DNA of 64,000 nucleotides, taken from positions 13,587-77,586 of the forward strand of contig JAUCBJ010005891.1 of assembly GCA_032718475.1 (NCBI GenBank), read 5' to 3'. Source of the DNA: Nemertoderma westbladi (lineage: Eukaryota; Animalia; Xenacoelomorpha). Positions 48,977 through 64,000 of this stretch are shown piece by piece. Position 1 is the stretch's first letter. Each line of letters opens with the position of its first letter. The position numbers and the translations under genes are program-made. The notes below the pieces were generated by a model that saw nothing but the letters and a program-made list of their open reading frames with translations, was not told where the DNA came from and did no database searches.

Positions 48977-49944
48977 GTTAGTCTGGTTACTAGGCAACGA
49001 GCGGGTCTCTATGAAGGTTAGTCTGGTTACTAGGCAACGAGCGGGTCTCTATGAAGGTTAGTCTGGTTACTAGGCAACGAGCGGGTCTCTAGGAAGGTTA
49101 GTCTGGTTACTAGGCAACTGGCGGGTCTCTATGAAGGTTAGTCTGGTTACTAGACAACGAGCGGGTCTCTAGGAAGGTTAGTCTGGTTACTAGGCAACCT
49201 ACGGGTCTCTAGGAAGGTTAGTCTGGTTACTAGGCAACGAGCGGGTCTCTATGAAGGTTAGTCTGGTTACTAGGCAACGAGCGGGTCTCTATGAAGGTTA
49301 GTCTGGTTACTAGGCAACTGGCGGGTCTCTATGAAGGTTAGTCTGGTTACTAGGCAACTGGCGGGTCTCTATGAAGGTTAGTCTGGTTACTAGGCAACCT
49401 GCGGGTCTCTAGGAAGGTTAGTCTGGTTACTAGGCAAGCTACGGGTCTCTAGGAAGGTTAGTCTGGTTACTAGGCAACGAGCGCGTCTCTAGGAAGGTTA
49501 GTCTGGTTACTAGGCAACGAGCGGGTCTCTATGAAGGTTAGTCTGGTTACTAGGCAACTGGCGGGTCTCTATGAAGGTTAGTCTGGTTACTAGGCAACCT
49601 GCGGGTCTCTAGGAAGGTTAGTCTGGTTACTAGGCAAGCTACGGGTCTCTAGGAAGGTTAGTCTGGTTACTAGGCAAGCTACGGGTCTCTAGGAAGGTTA
49701 GTCTGGTTACTAGGCAACGAGCGCGTCTCTAGGAAGGTTAGTCTGGTTACTAGGCAACTGGCGGGTCTCTATGAAGGTTAGTCTGGTTACTAGGCAACTG
49801 GCGGGTCTCTATGAAGGTTAGTCTGGTTACTAGGCAACCTGCGGGTCTCTAGGAAGGTTAGTCTGGTTACTAGGCAAGCTACGGGTCTCTAGGAAGGTTA
49901 GTCTGGTTACTAGGCAACGAGCGCGTCTCTAGGAAGGTTAGTCT
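48961..49944 (+). repeat. 40-bp tandem repeat (about 25 units) spanning the exon end, 5' splice site and an X-box-like motif
   Basis: GCGGGTCTCTAKGAAG|GTTAGTCTGGTTACTAGGCAACNN. Confidence 0.95.
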
Positions 49945-50038
49945 CAGTCTATTTATTATTTATCTGTAAAACTGGATCTGTAGATAGTTATCCTGTTTTA
50001 ACCTGTTTAAGTTATCCTGTTTGGATTTGTTGTCTTAG

Positions 50039-50143
50039 GTTGCCCAGTTACAGACTAAAGCTCACATGTTATTGGCTCATCTTAAACCCGGTTCTACAAT
50101 ATCAACTCCATTAACACAGTTTGTGATCCCACAGTTTAATAAA
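50039..50143 (+). CDS. DCTN1: DCTN1 exon
   Basis: cttag|VAQLQTKAHMLLAHLKPGSTISTPLTQFVIPQFNK|gtgagt; compare RPGATVPTDFATF. Confidence 0.88.
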
Positions 50144-50387
50144 GTGAGTTCCTACTGGATATGGCTAGTTCAACTTCATTTATTTACAATTACCAATTAA
50201 TTAATTGTATTTAATAATGTGTTTTAAATTATTTGTCCGTTAAGATATAAATAACTTATATTGTAATGTTTCATTTTGACATTCATAATATTATTACAAA
50301 CTTGCAACATTACTTGACTACAATGAATAGGATATGCCATGGTAATATAAAGTGATTTCCTTATATTTCTCATATATATTTACTTAG

Positions 50388-50525
50388 GCGATACAAGAAG
50401 ACAGCCTCGAACCTATCAGTATAGGCTGGGTAAAGATACCAACCACAGGCCCACCAATCAGCTTACAGTGTACCCTATCTTCCAACCAATTACATTCGTT
50501 GCACAATAAACTATGTCTTGTTTAA
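50388..50525 (+). CDS. DCTN1: DCTN1 last coding exon
   Basis: cttag|AIQEDSLEPISIGWVKIP...SNQLHSLHNKLCLV*; compare the p150 C-terminus QLHQLHSRLIS; AATAAA near 50765. Confidence 0.9.
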   Translation, partial: AIQEDSLEPISIGWVKIPTTGPPISLQCTLSSNQLHSLHNKLCLV

Positions 50526-51125
50526 TCCAATCACCATAGTAACCATGCCACTTATTATCACTTTATTTTTATATTTATCAATCTTTCTCTTGGCTTTTAC
50601 ATGAATATCACTTTTCGGTTTATCTTTTACCTTTGGTTTTACTTACCATTGAAGGGGAATATAATTTAATAATTTATAGGTTTAATAATATTGTGTATAA
50701 AACTCATAAACTCATTACATATCCAGGTGCAGTTCATATAGAGTTGTGAATTATAGATGTTGGCAATAAAGGTCTCCATGTACTTAAATTTACTTTTGCG
50801 ATTAAATTATTTGTTTTAATTCTTAAAATATTATATTGATTATTTATTAAAAACTAAAGAAGTAATTGATTATCACCTTTTCGCGTCACTAAAGTAATTA
50901 CGATATGGTTGTTCTGAATTATTTTTGCGACGCCGGTAACACGAGAAAGTTCGGTTCTTCGCGATGTTGGTTACTATAACAACATCGTAAGTCACTGTAG
51001 AGACGTTTGTTAGTGGTCGATTAACGGAAATATCCTTTAGTCAACTGGTAATTACCGGTAATTGATGTAAAAGTACGCGCCATGTCTCATGTGAATATTA
51101 TTGACGTAAAGAGTCATAATCTATA

Positions 51126-51326
51126 GGGGGGGGGGGGGGGGGGGGGACTGGACGCAATAAAAATTCATCCTTCTCCAGGGGAAATTCGACGGAGATAACA
51201 GCTGATTACTCTCAAAAATAAAACTGTAACCTGCTCCTTTCCCTAAATTGAGAATTTAACATTGAGGCGGGATATTAATGCGCCAAGATGGGATTTGCGT
51301 CCAGCCCCCCCCCCCCCCCCCCCCCC
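51126..51326. mobile_element. Small MITE with poly-G/poly-C ends
   Basis: G-run-ACTGGACGCAA ... TTGCGTCCAG-C-run; interior shared (inverted) with 17490-17760. Confidence 0.6.
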
Positions 51327-53155
51327 TGTCTCCATAATCCTGTTGATGTAGGCCTATAGTTAACACACAGAAGATCCTGGAACATTTTATTTTCTGCTAC
51401 ACTTCCGGTCCCCAATGGGAAAAAATATAATACTAGCAATTGTGGTTACACTTACAGACAATCCTCACATATTTGTTTTTTATAGAATCTGTAATTACTC
51501 TGCTGTAACACACAAAAACAATTATCCAAATTCATCGAAATGTTTTGAAGATCTGTGGGTTTGTAGAGCTTCGGATCAATACCGATAGATGACCCCTCCT
51601 GTAACCAGCGTTATAGCCAATAGCATTGCATAATTGGTACCTCAGTGAAATAATAACAGTTCCATAATCGCCTTTGAAAATTATTTGAAGACATGGAAGG
51701 TTACAGGCAAAGGAAATGACCCACGCCTGTAACCAAGAAACCCTATCCTAGAAAATCTGTTAAAATAATGGTGATAGTAAGTGACAAGCAGAATATCATA
51801 TTGCCAATACTGAATTAGATTCTGAGCTTTCCGAATATTACCATATGTTGGGTTTTGATTTTAACTTTTTTTCCAAAAAATGACTCTAGTTTTGCCACTT
51901 ATCTGTATATCGCCCCAGTTTCAGTATATGAGATAGGCAATTTTAATTTGACTCCAAATTTCTTGAATTCGAAAATTTCACGTTGTTGAAGTTTTCGTAT
52001 CCTACACGAACTAGCAGCAGACCGAATCACTCAACATTAATAATTTTATAAGTTAATTTATTTGTCGCTTAAACTTGCAACAAATTTGAATTAAATTTAT
52101 AAATAAACTTAATCTCAGTAACTAAAAACAATAAAGTATAATATAAGACATAGTATAAATAAACAAAACACTAAACTAAATAATAACGCATTAAATTGGT
52201 TTGAAATATTACGTGATATGATAATTTATGGTTGGAAGGTGAATTTGGCACAAATGCGAAAACAACAAAACCGAAAATTAATTGTACATTAAATAAATAT
52301 ATTTATATTTTCAGCTTCAGGACAACTGTTAAATAAATATAAACAACCAAGCCATCTATGGTTGGCTTCACAAAGCATTATCTGTAAATAACTATTTTTA
52401 TTATTTAATATTATTCAACTTCGTCCCTAAATACGTGGAAGTGAATCTGAATGTTTATAAACACAAAAACATTATAATTAACACACCGAACATTAATTAA
52501 TACACGAATGAATGAATTGGAGATGAAATGTAAATAAATATTAAACCTGTGAACTTAAAACCTGTGAGAGACTAAACGTTAACAATTAATTTATTGTGAA
52601 TTAATAACAATGGATGTAGACAAGGAAACGGTATGAGACGGGGGGGGGGGGGGCATCTCGTCCACGCGAACGGCGAACCAAAACAATAAACCAAGTCAAT
52701 CAATATAAGTAACCAAAGCCCCCCCCCCCCCCAGGCCGTGATTATTAATGTATTATAAATGTAATGGAATTCAAATTAATAGAAACAATATAGTAACGAG
52801 TCGTTATTACAATACAACCATTGCAAAACAAAATACAAACAAAAACAATTCGAAACGCAACTGTTTTTTATGTATTTAGTTGAATATAATAATAACGACT
52901 TATAAAATTAATTAAAACGATTTTAATAACAACTAATATAAATTGCACCAATAATGATTAAAGTTTATAAGTTTACTGTCGCAGAAAATTCGCTGAAAAA
53001 TTTAATGCAGAACTAAAAATTGGGAAAAATTCTAGTTATATTTGCTAAAAATCTAATTTATACCGTAAAAATTACTTAAAATATTAAATATACATTAAAT
53101 TTCTTAACAATTCCAATTATTTTTAAACAAATAAAGATTGTAATTAGCGAGTTAA

Positions 53156-54709
53156 TCAGAAACATTGAATTCCTAAACGATTTAATTTAGCTGAGAGGAA
53201 ATTATAGAGGGCGAAAACCACCGGTTTGGGGTTGTTAGCGAGAATGAGTTGGAAGTTGGTCGGTCCGGAATGGGCGGTGCCCAGCGCCCCGGTGGGCACT
53301 GCACCCAACGCCCCGGGTGGGAAGGGAGTCGACGGGTTGAACTCCAAACAAAGTTTAGATTCACCGTCGTCCCAGGAAGATACGAGTCGCTCGAACGGTA
53401 AACGGAAAGCGACGGCGTTCTGTCGGGTGTCCGATAGGGTGAATCCCTCCTCGTAATGGATAGTGAGCGTGTGCGCCGAGTCCCGCCAACTAACCGGCAC
53501 GCTTATTACCTTGAGTCGGGACATAGCGGCGTCGGCGGCGTCGGTGATACCGCGAGCCCACTGCGCGCAATCCGAGAGAGAATCGAGTCGAAACCGCTGG
53601 GAGACAACCCCGGTGAGAGTCCCGGAACGGAGATGCAACACCAAGGATTGTTTGGGGGAGAGCGGGGGGACGACGCGGGTGAATATGAGTTGCGACGTGC
53701 GGCACGGAGCCGACCAATCGGCGGTGTCCCACGGTGCCGCCTCGTACAGAGCGATCTCGTCGCTGGAAACCGCCATGAAGGCGGGTTTAAACCGCGGTTC
53801 TTCCTCGACCCAACCGAGTTTAATAAACTCTCGATCGGTCCGTCGGTTCAGTTCGCGAACTGCCGTGGAGTTCGCGTGTTGGACGTTCTTATGGATCGCG
53901 TTGAACCAACCGGCCGTGGTCTGGGGATCCGAACAGCGAAGAACGCAGGAGGACAGCGCGTCCGGGGAATGAATCGAGATGATTCGAGCGACGGACCCAA
54001 CCGGAATATCTTCCGTGCTACTCGCGTTCAATGTAACTCTACTCAGAGTTAAAGGAATACATTTAGTGTCCGAAGGACTCGATTGTTGATTGGAATTTGG
54101 AGAAACATCCAAAGGATGTTTGGATTCCCAACCAACATTCTCCATAGAAACCCGTTTACCTAACGTGTTGGTGGATGGATCGCCGCTCTTATTGAAATAG
54201 GCCTGCATATCGTGCCGATACTTTAAGGTGAGTTTAACTTCCCGTCCTGTTCGTTTCAGCACCCGAACAGCCTCGTCGTGACTCGCGGATAGAAGAGATT
54301 CCTCGTTTACTGACACAATCGTATCGCCAACGTATATGGCGCGGGTTCGATCAGCTGCTAAACCCTGGAATATTTTGCTTATCAATATCGGCATGTTATT
54401 TTCTCTCCCACCCTTTATACTTATTCCCAGGCCTCCCCCATCCTCCTTGTATATTATGACAATTCTCTCCGTTCCTATGGCGGCGGGAGGCGGGGTCTGC
54501 AACCCGGCTACTGGCAGCCCCATCCCCGGGTCCGATTTCATCGAGAAACTGTCCATTGTTGTTGGTAGACCCGAGTGTTGGTTTGGTAACGGGATTGCCA
54601 CTAGGGTGAGTTGTCTGTCTGTGAGTGTGACAGTGACTGGGGCCCATTGCCCTCCTGGCAGTAGGACTTCTAATGTGCTCGTACGCGATGATGGAAGGGT
54701 ACCAGCCAT
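53156..54709 (-). CDS. Alpha/beta-type syntrophin (split PH, PDZ, PH, SU); intronless CDS, 517 aa
   Basis: [41 protein letters not shown]; PH2 LGWVEE; SU domain SSWDDG...[20 protein letters not shown]. Confidence 0.93.
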   Translation of the reverse strand: MAGTLPSSRTSTLEVLLPGGQWAPVTVTLTDRQLTLVAIPLPNQHSGLPTTMDSFSMKSDPGMGLPVAGLQTPPPAAIGTERIVIIYKEDGGGLGISIKGGRENNMPILISKIFQGLAADRTRAIYVGDTIVSVNEESLLSASHDEAVRVLKRTGREVKLTLKYRHDMQAYFNKSGDPSTNTLGKRVSMENVGWESKHPLDVSPNSNQQSSPSDTKCIPLTLSRVTLNASSTEDIPVGSVARIISIHSPDALSSCVLRCSDPQTTAGWFNAIHKNVQHANSTAVRELNRRTDREFIKLGWVEEEPRFKPAFMAVSSDEIALYEAAPWDTADWSAPCRTSQLIFTRVVPPLSPKQSLVLHLRSGTLTGVVSQRFRLDSLSDCAQWARGITDAADAAMSRLKVISVPVSWRDSAHTLTIHYEEGFTLSDTRQNAVAFRLPFERLVSSWDDGESKLCLEFNPSTPFPPGALGAVPTGALGTAHSGPTNFQLILANNPKPVVFALYNFLSAKLNRLGIQCF

Positions 54710-54920
54710 GACCGTCTGATGGTGGAACTGCTCTTACCTTACAGTCTTACTCTGTATACTGTTCTTTCTTCAGCCTGTCAGTCCTTGTGCAGTTGGGCGT
54801 GCGTACGCGTACTGGCCTACGGTGTACGCGTACGGTACTCAGGTGCCAGGTAACTTACAGTACACTGACTGATACTGATAGTATAGTATAGTATTAAGAT
54901 AACTTTGTCATTAGCAAATT

Positions 54921-57900
54921 ACACGTTCGTGGGGCCTTCGCGCAGCACGAGGCCCAGTTATGAGATACAAATTAAAATTGTGCGACTGTATCACAAAATC
55001 AGGTTATGAGATATTAACCCACACCACCAATTAATCAAAGAAAGGGGGACAGTACGTGTTCACCCCTTTTAATCTGCACACCCCCCCCCCCCTCCCCCCA
55101 CCCACCAATACATAACCGCGACATCTACCACCCACGGAAGGGTAGCACGAACTTATTTCCAATCGCACGTTAAATATGCAAAGCCAGGTGGTTTATAGGA
55201 ATATAATAAACGCAGTACTCGTTTTCATTATAAGCCTCTTTGCGTTCGTCCTGTTTTGTATTTAAATATATTTCTTAAACGCAGGCTAGGACGATCTTTA
55301 TAATAATAATAACTAGGGATGCGATCAATATGTGAAGCCAGGTGGTTTATATAACAATTTAGTCAACGCAGTACTCGTCTTCATTATATGCCTCGTTGCG
55401 CTCGTCGCTTGTCCTGTTTTGTCATAAAATATTTTTCCTAAACGCAGACTGACGATCTTTATACAGTTATAACTATGCGAAGTTTCGAAACTGTGCGAGT
55501 AACTGTTGATACATCTATGTGGAGATGTGTGATATGTGGAGATGTGTGATACAACGCCAACGTATCTTATGCCGATGTAGTAATATGGGTATTGAAATAA
55601 TATTAAATCAATGTACACTCTTAAAGCTGCAGCGAAAAAATGTAGCTAATTTCCTAGGTTACATATAAAATAATAATATTATTTTTAAGAACATTAATTT
55701 TACTACTTTGCAAAAATTCAATTAAAAAATAACCAGACATATACATTGTGGAATAAACTATTTCAGAAGCCTACACAACAGCCATGCCATGGATTGTATT
55801 TATGTTATTATATCTGTCATTTACCTGAGATAGCAATACAACACTTATAGTAGAGTCAATACAGGAAGGATGTTGGGATGTTGGATTTCAAGAATGATGT
55901 CTGGGCTGGAATAGCAATACTGGTTGCCTATTACAGTACAATTCCTCTCTGGTTAGTCTACAGCCACAACTCCAAGCCAGCTAGCTCCACACCAGCAGAG
56001 AGATAATCATTCCCAGCAAATAGCTGCCTTACACACACATCCTTCCATCGTACCAGCATGTTAGCCAATAAATGAGCAGTATTTAATGAGAATCAATTTT
56101 TTATGACGTTTTAATTACTTTAGATCAATTAAAGACACAATTAATAAAGCAAATCACTTGAACTAATTAAAAACTATAATAGAATGGCGTATGTGGATTA
56201 CATCTGTATAATTTTTAAGTATAATTATTTAAATCTTATACTGTAAAACAATTAATTTCCTTTAAAAGGCAGGTTGAAAATGGTGTTTTTACCGTAATCA
56301 ACTTAATTAACTAATTAACTGCTATTATCTTAGCTTCTCGAAGGCCACACGGAAATTCTACTTGGAAAATTTCTAAACTTTTGCCAAACAACATGTGTAC
56401 CAAGTTTGGATAGATTTCATCAAAGATTGGCTGAGTTATTAACGTTTAAAATTGGACGCGACAGAACGACACGTTCGTGGGGCCTTCGCGCAGCACGAGG
56501 CCCAGTTATGAGATACAAATTAAAATTGTGCGACTGTATCACAAAATCAGGTTATGAGATATTAACCCACACCACCAATTAATCAAAGAAAGGGGGACAG
56601 TACGTGTTCACCCCTTTTAATCTGCACACCCCCCCCCCCCTCCCCCCACCCACCAATACATAACCGCGACATCTACCACCCACGGAAGGGTAGCACGAAC
56701 TTATTTCCAATCGCACGTTAAATATGCAAAGCCAGGTGGTTTATAGGAATATAATAAACGCAGTACTCGTTTTCATTATAAGCCTCTTTGCGTTCGTCCT
56801 GTTTTGTATTTAAATATATTTCTTAAACGCAGGCTAGGACGATCTTTATAATAATAATAACTAGGGATGCGATCAATATGTGAAGCCAGGTGGTTTATAT
56901 AACAATTTAGTCAACGCAGTACTCGTCTTCATTATATGCCTCGTTGCGCTCGTCGCTTGTCCTGTTTTGTCATAAAATATTTTTCCTAAACGCAGACTGA
57001 CGATCTTTATACAGTTATAACTATGCGAAGTTTCGAAACTGTGCGAGTAACTGTTGATACATCTATGTGGAGATGTGTGATATGTGGAGATGTGTGATAC
57101 AACGCCAACGCATCTTATGCCGATGTAGTAATATGGGTATTGAAATAATATTAAATCAATGTACACTCTTAAAGCTGCAGCGAAAAAATGTAGCTAATTT
57201 CCTAGGTTACATATAAAATAATAATATTATTTTTAAGAACATTAATTTTACTACTTTGCAAAAATTCAATTAAAAAATAACCAGACATATACATTGTGGA
57301 ATAAACTATTTCAGAAGCCTACACAACAGCCATGCCATGGATTGTATTTATGTTATTATATCTGTCATTTACCTGAGATAGCAATACAACACTTATAGTA
57401 GAGTCAATACAGGAAGGATGTTGGGATGTTGGATTTCAAGAATGATGTCTGGGCTGGAATAGCAATACTGGTTGCCTATTACAGTACAATTCCTCTCTGG
57501 TTAGTCTACAGCCACAACTCCAAGCCAGCTAGCTCCACACCAGCAGAGACTTGACCAATAATCATTCCCAGCAAATAGCTGCCTTACACACACATCCTTC
57601 CATCGTACCAGCATGTTAGCCAATAAATGAGCAGTATTTAATGAGAATCAATTTTTTATGACGTTTTAATTACTTTAGATCAATTAAAGACACAATTAAT
57701 AAAGCAAATCACTTGAACTAATTAAAAACTATAATAGAATGGCGTATGTGGATTACATCTGTATAATTTTTAAGTATAATTATTTAAATCTTATACTGTA
57801 AAACAATTAATTTCCTTTAAAAGGCAGGTTGAAAATGGTGTTTTTACCGTAATCAACTTAATTAACTAATTAACTGCTATTATCTTAGCTTCTCGAAGGC

Positions 57901-58210
57901 CACACGGAAATTCTACTTGGAAAATTTCTAAACTTTTGCCAAACAACATGTATACCAAGTTTGGATAGATTTCATCAAAGATTGGCTGAGTTATTAACGT
58001 TTAAAATTGGACGCGACAGAACGACAGAACGACAGAACGACAGAACGACAGAACGACAGGTTGATTAATGGTACCACTACGCTAAGGCTCACTCACTTCG
58101 TGGCTCGCCCCACAGAACGACAGAACGACAGAACGACAGAACGACAGAACGACAGGTTGATTAATGGTACCACTACGCTAAGGCTCACTCACTTCGTGGC
58201 TCGCCCCACA
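54921..58210 (-). mobile_element. Helentron/HINE-like element containing a head-to-tail 1548-bp duplication
   Basis: 54921-56468 nearly identical to 56469-58025; ends ACACGTTCGTGGGGCCTTCGCGCAGCACG and CTTCGTGGCTCGCCCCACA correspond to the reverse-complemented termini of 31189-33094; (GACAGAAC)n near one end. Confidence 0.65.
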
Positions 58211-58685
58211 GACACTTTGCAGTTTGCACAGACTTTACGTTCTTTGGGGAAGGGACTAGGAGGGACCCGAATAAGAAGTGCAAAAGAATATCTAAAGTTT
58301 TGTTGCATAATCCGATAAGTTGAAGAATGAGTGTTCAATTGGTAATTATAATGAATTGAATGAATTGAATATATGTCAGTATATTATCTGAGCAGCTGAG
58401 TAGCACGTATGTAGTAGAGTAGAAGCACAGTTGGCGCACGCATATTTAAATATTTATAACTGTATGAAAAGTTAAAATTTTGGATTTAATTAATTAAAGT
58501 ACCCGGTAGCCTAATTAAACAATGAAAAATAATATATTAATTACTCAGGAAACCCGACGATATAGTGCGGGTAGGTGCAATCTTCTTACAATGTCACCCA
58601 TTAGCATCAGCAGTTGCTATGGTAAACTAACACGACTAACACGATTCATAACATTGACCATTCGAAAGTGCATACTCAATATAGG

Positions 58686-60600
<1,915 letters not shown>

Positions 60601-61561
60601 TGTAGGCCTACATTTATTATATTACGTTTATTATTACGTTTTAGAAATTGAGGGAGAGTGCCAAATAGTTTATTGAGTTTATTGAGGTGAAGCAAATAAA
60701 GCTAAAATCACATTCTGCTCTACCTTAATATCTAATCTTATGTAGATTGCATGGAATTTGAAATAGAAATAGTTTCACCTACTTCCTTCTTACTGGGTGA
60801 GCCAGAATTTTAATTTTTGCTATAATTCTTTAGTTACAAGTGTATGAAAAAAGTGTCTCATTATTATATTATAAGCATATTTATAGCATATATAAGCATA
60901 TTATATTATATCGGCATTGAATTGTTGCCAAGCTTCTTATGAGATAAACAAAATTTTCCAGAATAGTGTGTATTTATTAAATATAATAATTGGCCTGCAG
61001 CAGAAGCAAATACATGCACCATTCGAATGCCAATATCTCAGCTATTTATATAAAACTTATTCAAATATTTTTACATATTTGGAATCCTTACATGGACAGC
61101 TTTCTATTGATACCAACAAATCAATATATGATTTAAAGAATAACTGCAGTACGACTCGTGCAATGTCGCTCTAGACACTTTTTTCAAACACTAAATAATA
61201 AAAGCAAATATAAAAATTATGATTTAGACAGGAAGTAGCAGGTAGGTGAAACTATAGCTGCTTCAATTTTTATACAATCCCATTAAGATTTGTAGAAAAA
61301 GACAATTTTTGGAAGGGGGGGGGGGGGGGGGGGGGCAGGTACCTGAATAACGACAATATATTCCAGGACATGGTGTATGGAGTGGCAGTAAAACATTGTG
61401 AATAAAATGAATTATTACATATTTTTATTAACTACGGTAAATCGAACATAATGAATTATTTAAGAGTAGATATTAAATAGTGAAGACTACAGTATACATA
61501 CATGCAAACCAACAGAAAACCTTAATACAGTATAAAAACAAAGTAGGCCCCTATCCCTATA

Positions 61562-61633
61562 GGCTACTACTAGGATCGGCATGCTGCATTGCAGCTGCAT
61601 TTTTAAGAATGCTGTGCCGGCTTGTCAACAAAA
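61562..61633 (-). mobile_element. Very short 3' end of the RTE family
   Basis: Reverse complement of about 21174-21240 including a TAG tail. Confidence 0.8.
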
Positions 61634-61914
61634 TATATATAGGCTATAGGCTAAGCTAGATACACGTCATGAATGTTTTGCCCACAAATTCCAATCTAAA
61701 CCATTGTTGGTTTCTTTGAAGCAGCCTTAAACATAACAACGGATACCATTTGCAAAGCTACGTCTATCATGTAATAGCTTAGAAATTATAGCTGATCGGT
61801 GTAAATCAGATGAATCAGAATCAAGAATAACCTTATTTAAAAAATTTATTATTTGTATATGCTGCGGTATGCAATGCCATTGGTTTCAATATCGATTACA
61901 ATACCAATATCGGT

Positions 61915-62428
61915 TATTGGTATTGGTTACTGGTACTGGTACTGGTATTGGTACTGGTACTGGTACCGGTACTTTTACTGGTACCGGTACTGCTTCCGGT
62001 ACTTGCAATGGTACCGCTATTTGTACTGGTACCTGTACTTGTACTGGCACTTGTACTGGTACCCGGACTTGTACAGGTACCGGTACTTGTACTGGCACTT
62101 GTACTGGTACCGGTACTTGTAAAGGTACCGGTACTTGCATTGGTACCGGTACTTGTACTTGTACTGGTACCGGTACTTCTACTTTTACTAGTACCGGTAC
62201 TTTTGATGGTACCGGTACTGGTACAGGTACCGGTACTTGTAATGGTATCGGTACTTGTACTGGTACCGGTACTTGTACTGGTACTGGTACCGGTACTTGT
62301 ACTGGTACCGGTACTTGAACTGGTACCAGTACTTGTACTTGCACTGGTACTGCTACTTGTACTGGTATAGGTTCTTGTACTGGTGCCGGTACTTTTACTG
62401 GTACCGGTACTGGTACATGTACTTGTAC
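61915..62428. repeat. Degenerate hexamer repeat (ACTGGT/ACCGGT/ACTTGT)n
   Basis: Direct reading. Confidence 0.9.
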
Positions 62429-64000
62429 CTCTATTTGTACATGATACTCTTCTACTGTGAAATTAACTGCAGATTCAAAATAATATAGAAACAGTTTACA
62501 AATATGATTTGTAGTTCTCGCAATGTTTCGGTTCAACTTTGTTGAAATTTTACGAGATTTAAGGTATATTTTCCTGCAACACTTAGAGAAAATTTGACTT
62601 GTGATACTTCTTCTAGTGTTAAATTAACCGCAGATTCCAAATACAGTAACCGTTTTTACATACCTTTTGTTCTTATGGATATATTGGGGTTTAAACACAA
62701 CGTATTTGACATGAATTGAAAAATGATTTGAAAAATTAGTTATATAAGAATAAATTATTAATTATTGGTAATGTCAACAACTGAGATATAAACAAAATAT
62801 TTTAAACATACATATAACATAATATCAGTTCAGTTAAATACGAAGTTCACATCAGCAATTAATTAAGCAGCACTAATAATATTTGTCATTCGGTTTTTAA
62901 CAGTTTTATTAAAATCCCAGACAGTTTAGTAGTTTCCTTTGCGGTTCCAAGATCATAACAATAGAGTAGAAACTCGCCCCTTGGCAGTGTTTGTGGTAGT
63001 AGCTGCATTGTGTAGAGCTTCTTCAATGTTGTTGTCTGTCCTAAAGATAAAAACTAGAAAGCCAGCAAGCTGGCTGGAAGGAGCCCGGGGGAAGAAGCTT
63101 ATTAAAAGACTATTACAAATAAACCTTGTCGGTCAGCAGTAAGTAAACTAAACAATTGTCTAAACTATAAGGCGTCGGGCTAGCTGACTTTGTGGCTCGT
63201 CCCACATAATAAAAAATGAAACTTTGCTATGACAACACACCCGGTTCTTTTAAATTTGCGTGATTTGCGTTTTATGCTCGCACCCCTATTTGTAAGAAAT
63301 TTTAAAATTTATCTTACAGTATGCCAATGTAGTAATGGTATTAAAATATAATTAAATTAATTTACACTATTAATGCTTCAGCTAAAAAATGATGCTAATC
63401 CTATGTAATAATAAAAATAAGAATATTATTTTTAAGAACATTCTACATATATCCTATACAAAATAATCAGCCCAATGATTCGTGGAATAATAATAATATA
63501 ATCCTACTGCAGTTGTATATTTTATTTTGTTTATTGACAACTCAACTATTTTCTGTCTATCCCTGAGAGCTGATAAAGGATGTGTAGACTCAGCCAGCAG
63601 CCAGCAGCAGGAGGGGTGAGTCAAGAAATTCTGCCTTGAAGGAATTCTATCTCAAGCAGCCCGGCACTCAACCATTCCTACACAGCTAGCTGCTGCAGCA
63701 GCTCAGGAAGGAGTTGTTACTTTACCATTGCTTTTAATTTCGCGACAAAATAATTTCAAAAAAACGAAATATATCGAATACCACACATTGATCTGATATT
63801 TTGTAACGCGATTATGAACCACCAAAGCAATTTACTTGTAAAATTTCAACAAAATCGCCAGGCAGGAAGTGCCTGAACCTAGATAATTATCAGTCAGTCA
63901 GTCAGTGTGATGTATCCTGAGATTTTTACAGTAAGTATCCCTGAGATTCTTACAGTAAGTATCCCGCCTGTCGAGCGGGCTCCTAATAATAACCATAAGT

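Noticed and set aside
23924-49944. CRISPR-like appearance of the 31-53 bp repeat arrays
   Set aside because: Units are contiguous with no unique spacers, there are no cas genes, and the context is eukaryotic and spliced
55325-57166. Duplicated 97-aa ORFs
   Set aside because: Non-ATG start, no recognisable domain, and located inside a duplicated non-autonomous element

Overview
AT-rich animal (invertebrate-type) genomic DNA, not prokaryotic. The window is dominated by the 3' half of a spliced dynactin p150Glued (DCTN1) gene on +, with 13 coding exons from 5476 to the stop at 50525; I traced these by hand and all junctions are in frame. Its 23-kb intron (5609-28801) contains a complete anion-exchanger-family SLC4 gene with an intronless CDS on the opposite strand. 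An alpha/beta-syntrophin gene, also with an intronless CDS, lies tail-to-tail downstream. The introns hold an inverted Penelope/RTE composite, RTE LINE copies, tRNA-derived SINEs, piggyBac-type and other MITEs, Helentron/HINE-like elements and many satellites. Most unusual: (i) three architecturally different hammerhead-ribozyme-like motifs (in the Penelope 3' end, in a 376-bp retrozyme-like unit, and inside a tRNA-like A-box/B-box scaffold); (ii) two tandem arrays that multiply the authentic exon end plus 5' splice site about 15 and about 25 times; (iii) RFX X-box-like palindromes bracketing DCTN1 exons; (iv) a 9-kb array of C(UUCG)G hairpin units starting directly behind a SINE head. Homology calls rest on recalled family motifs; no database searches were run.
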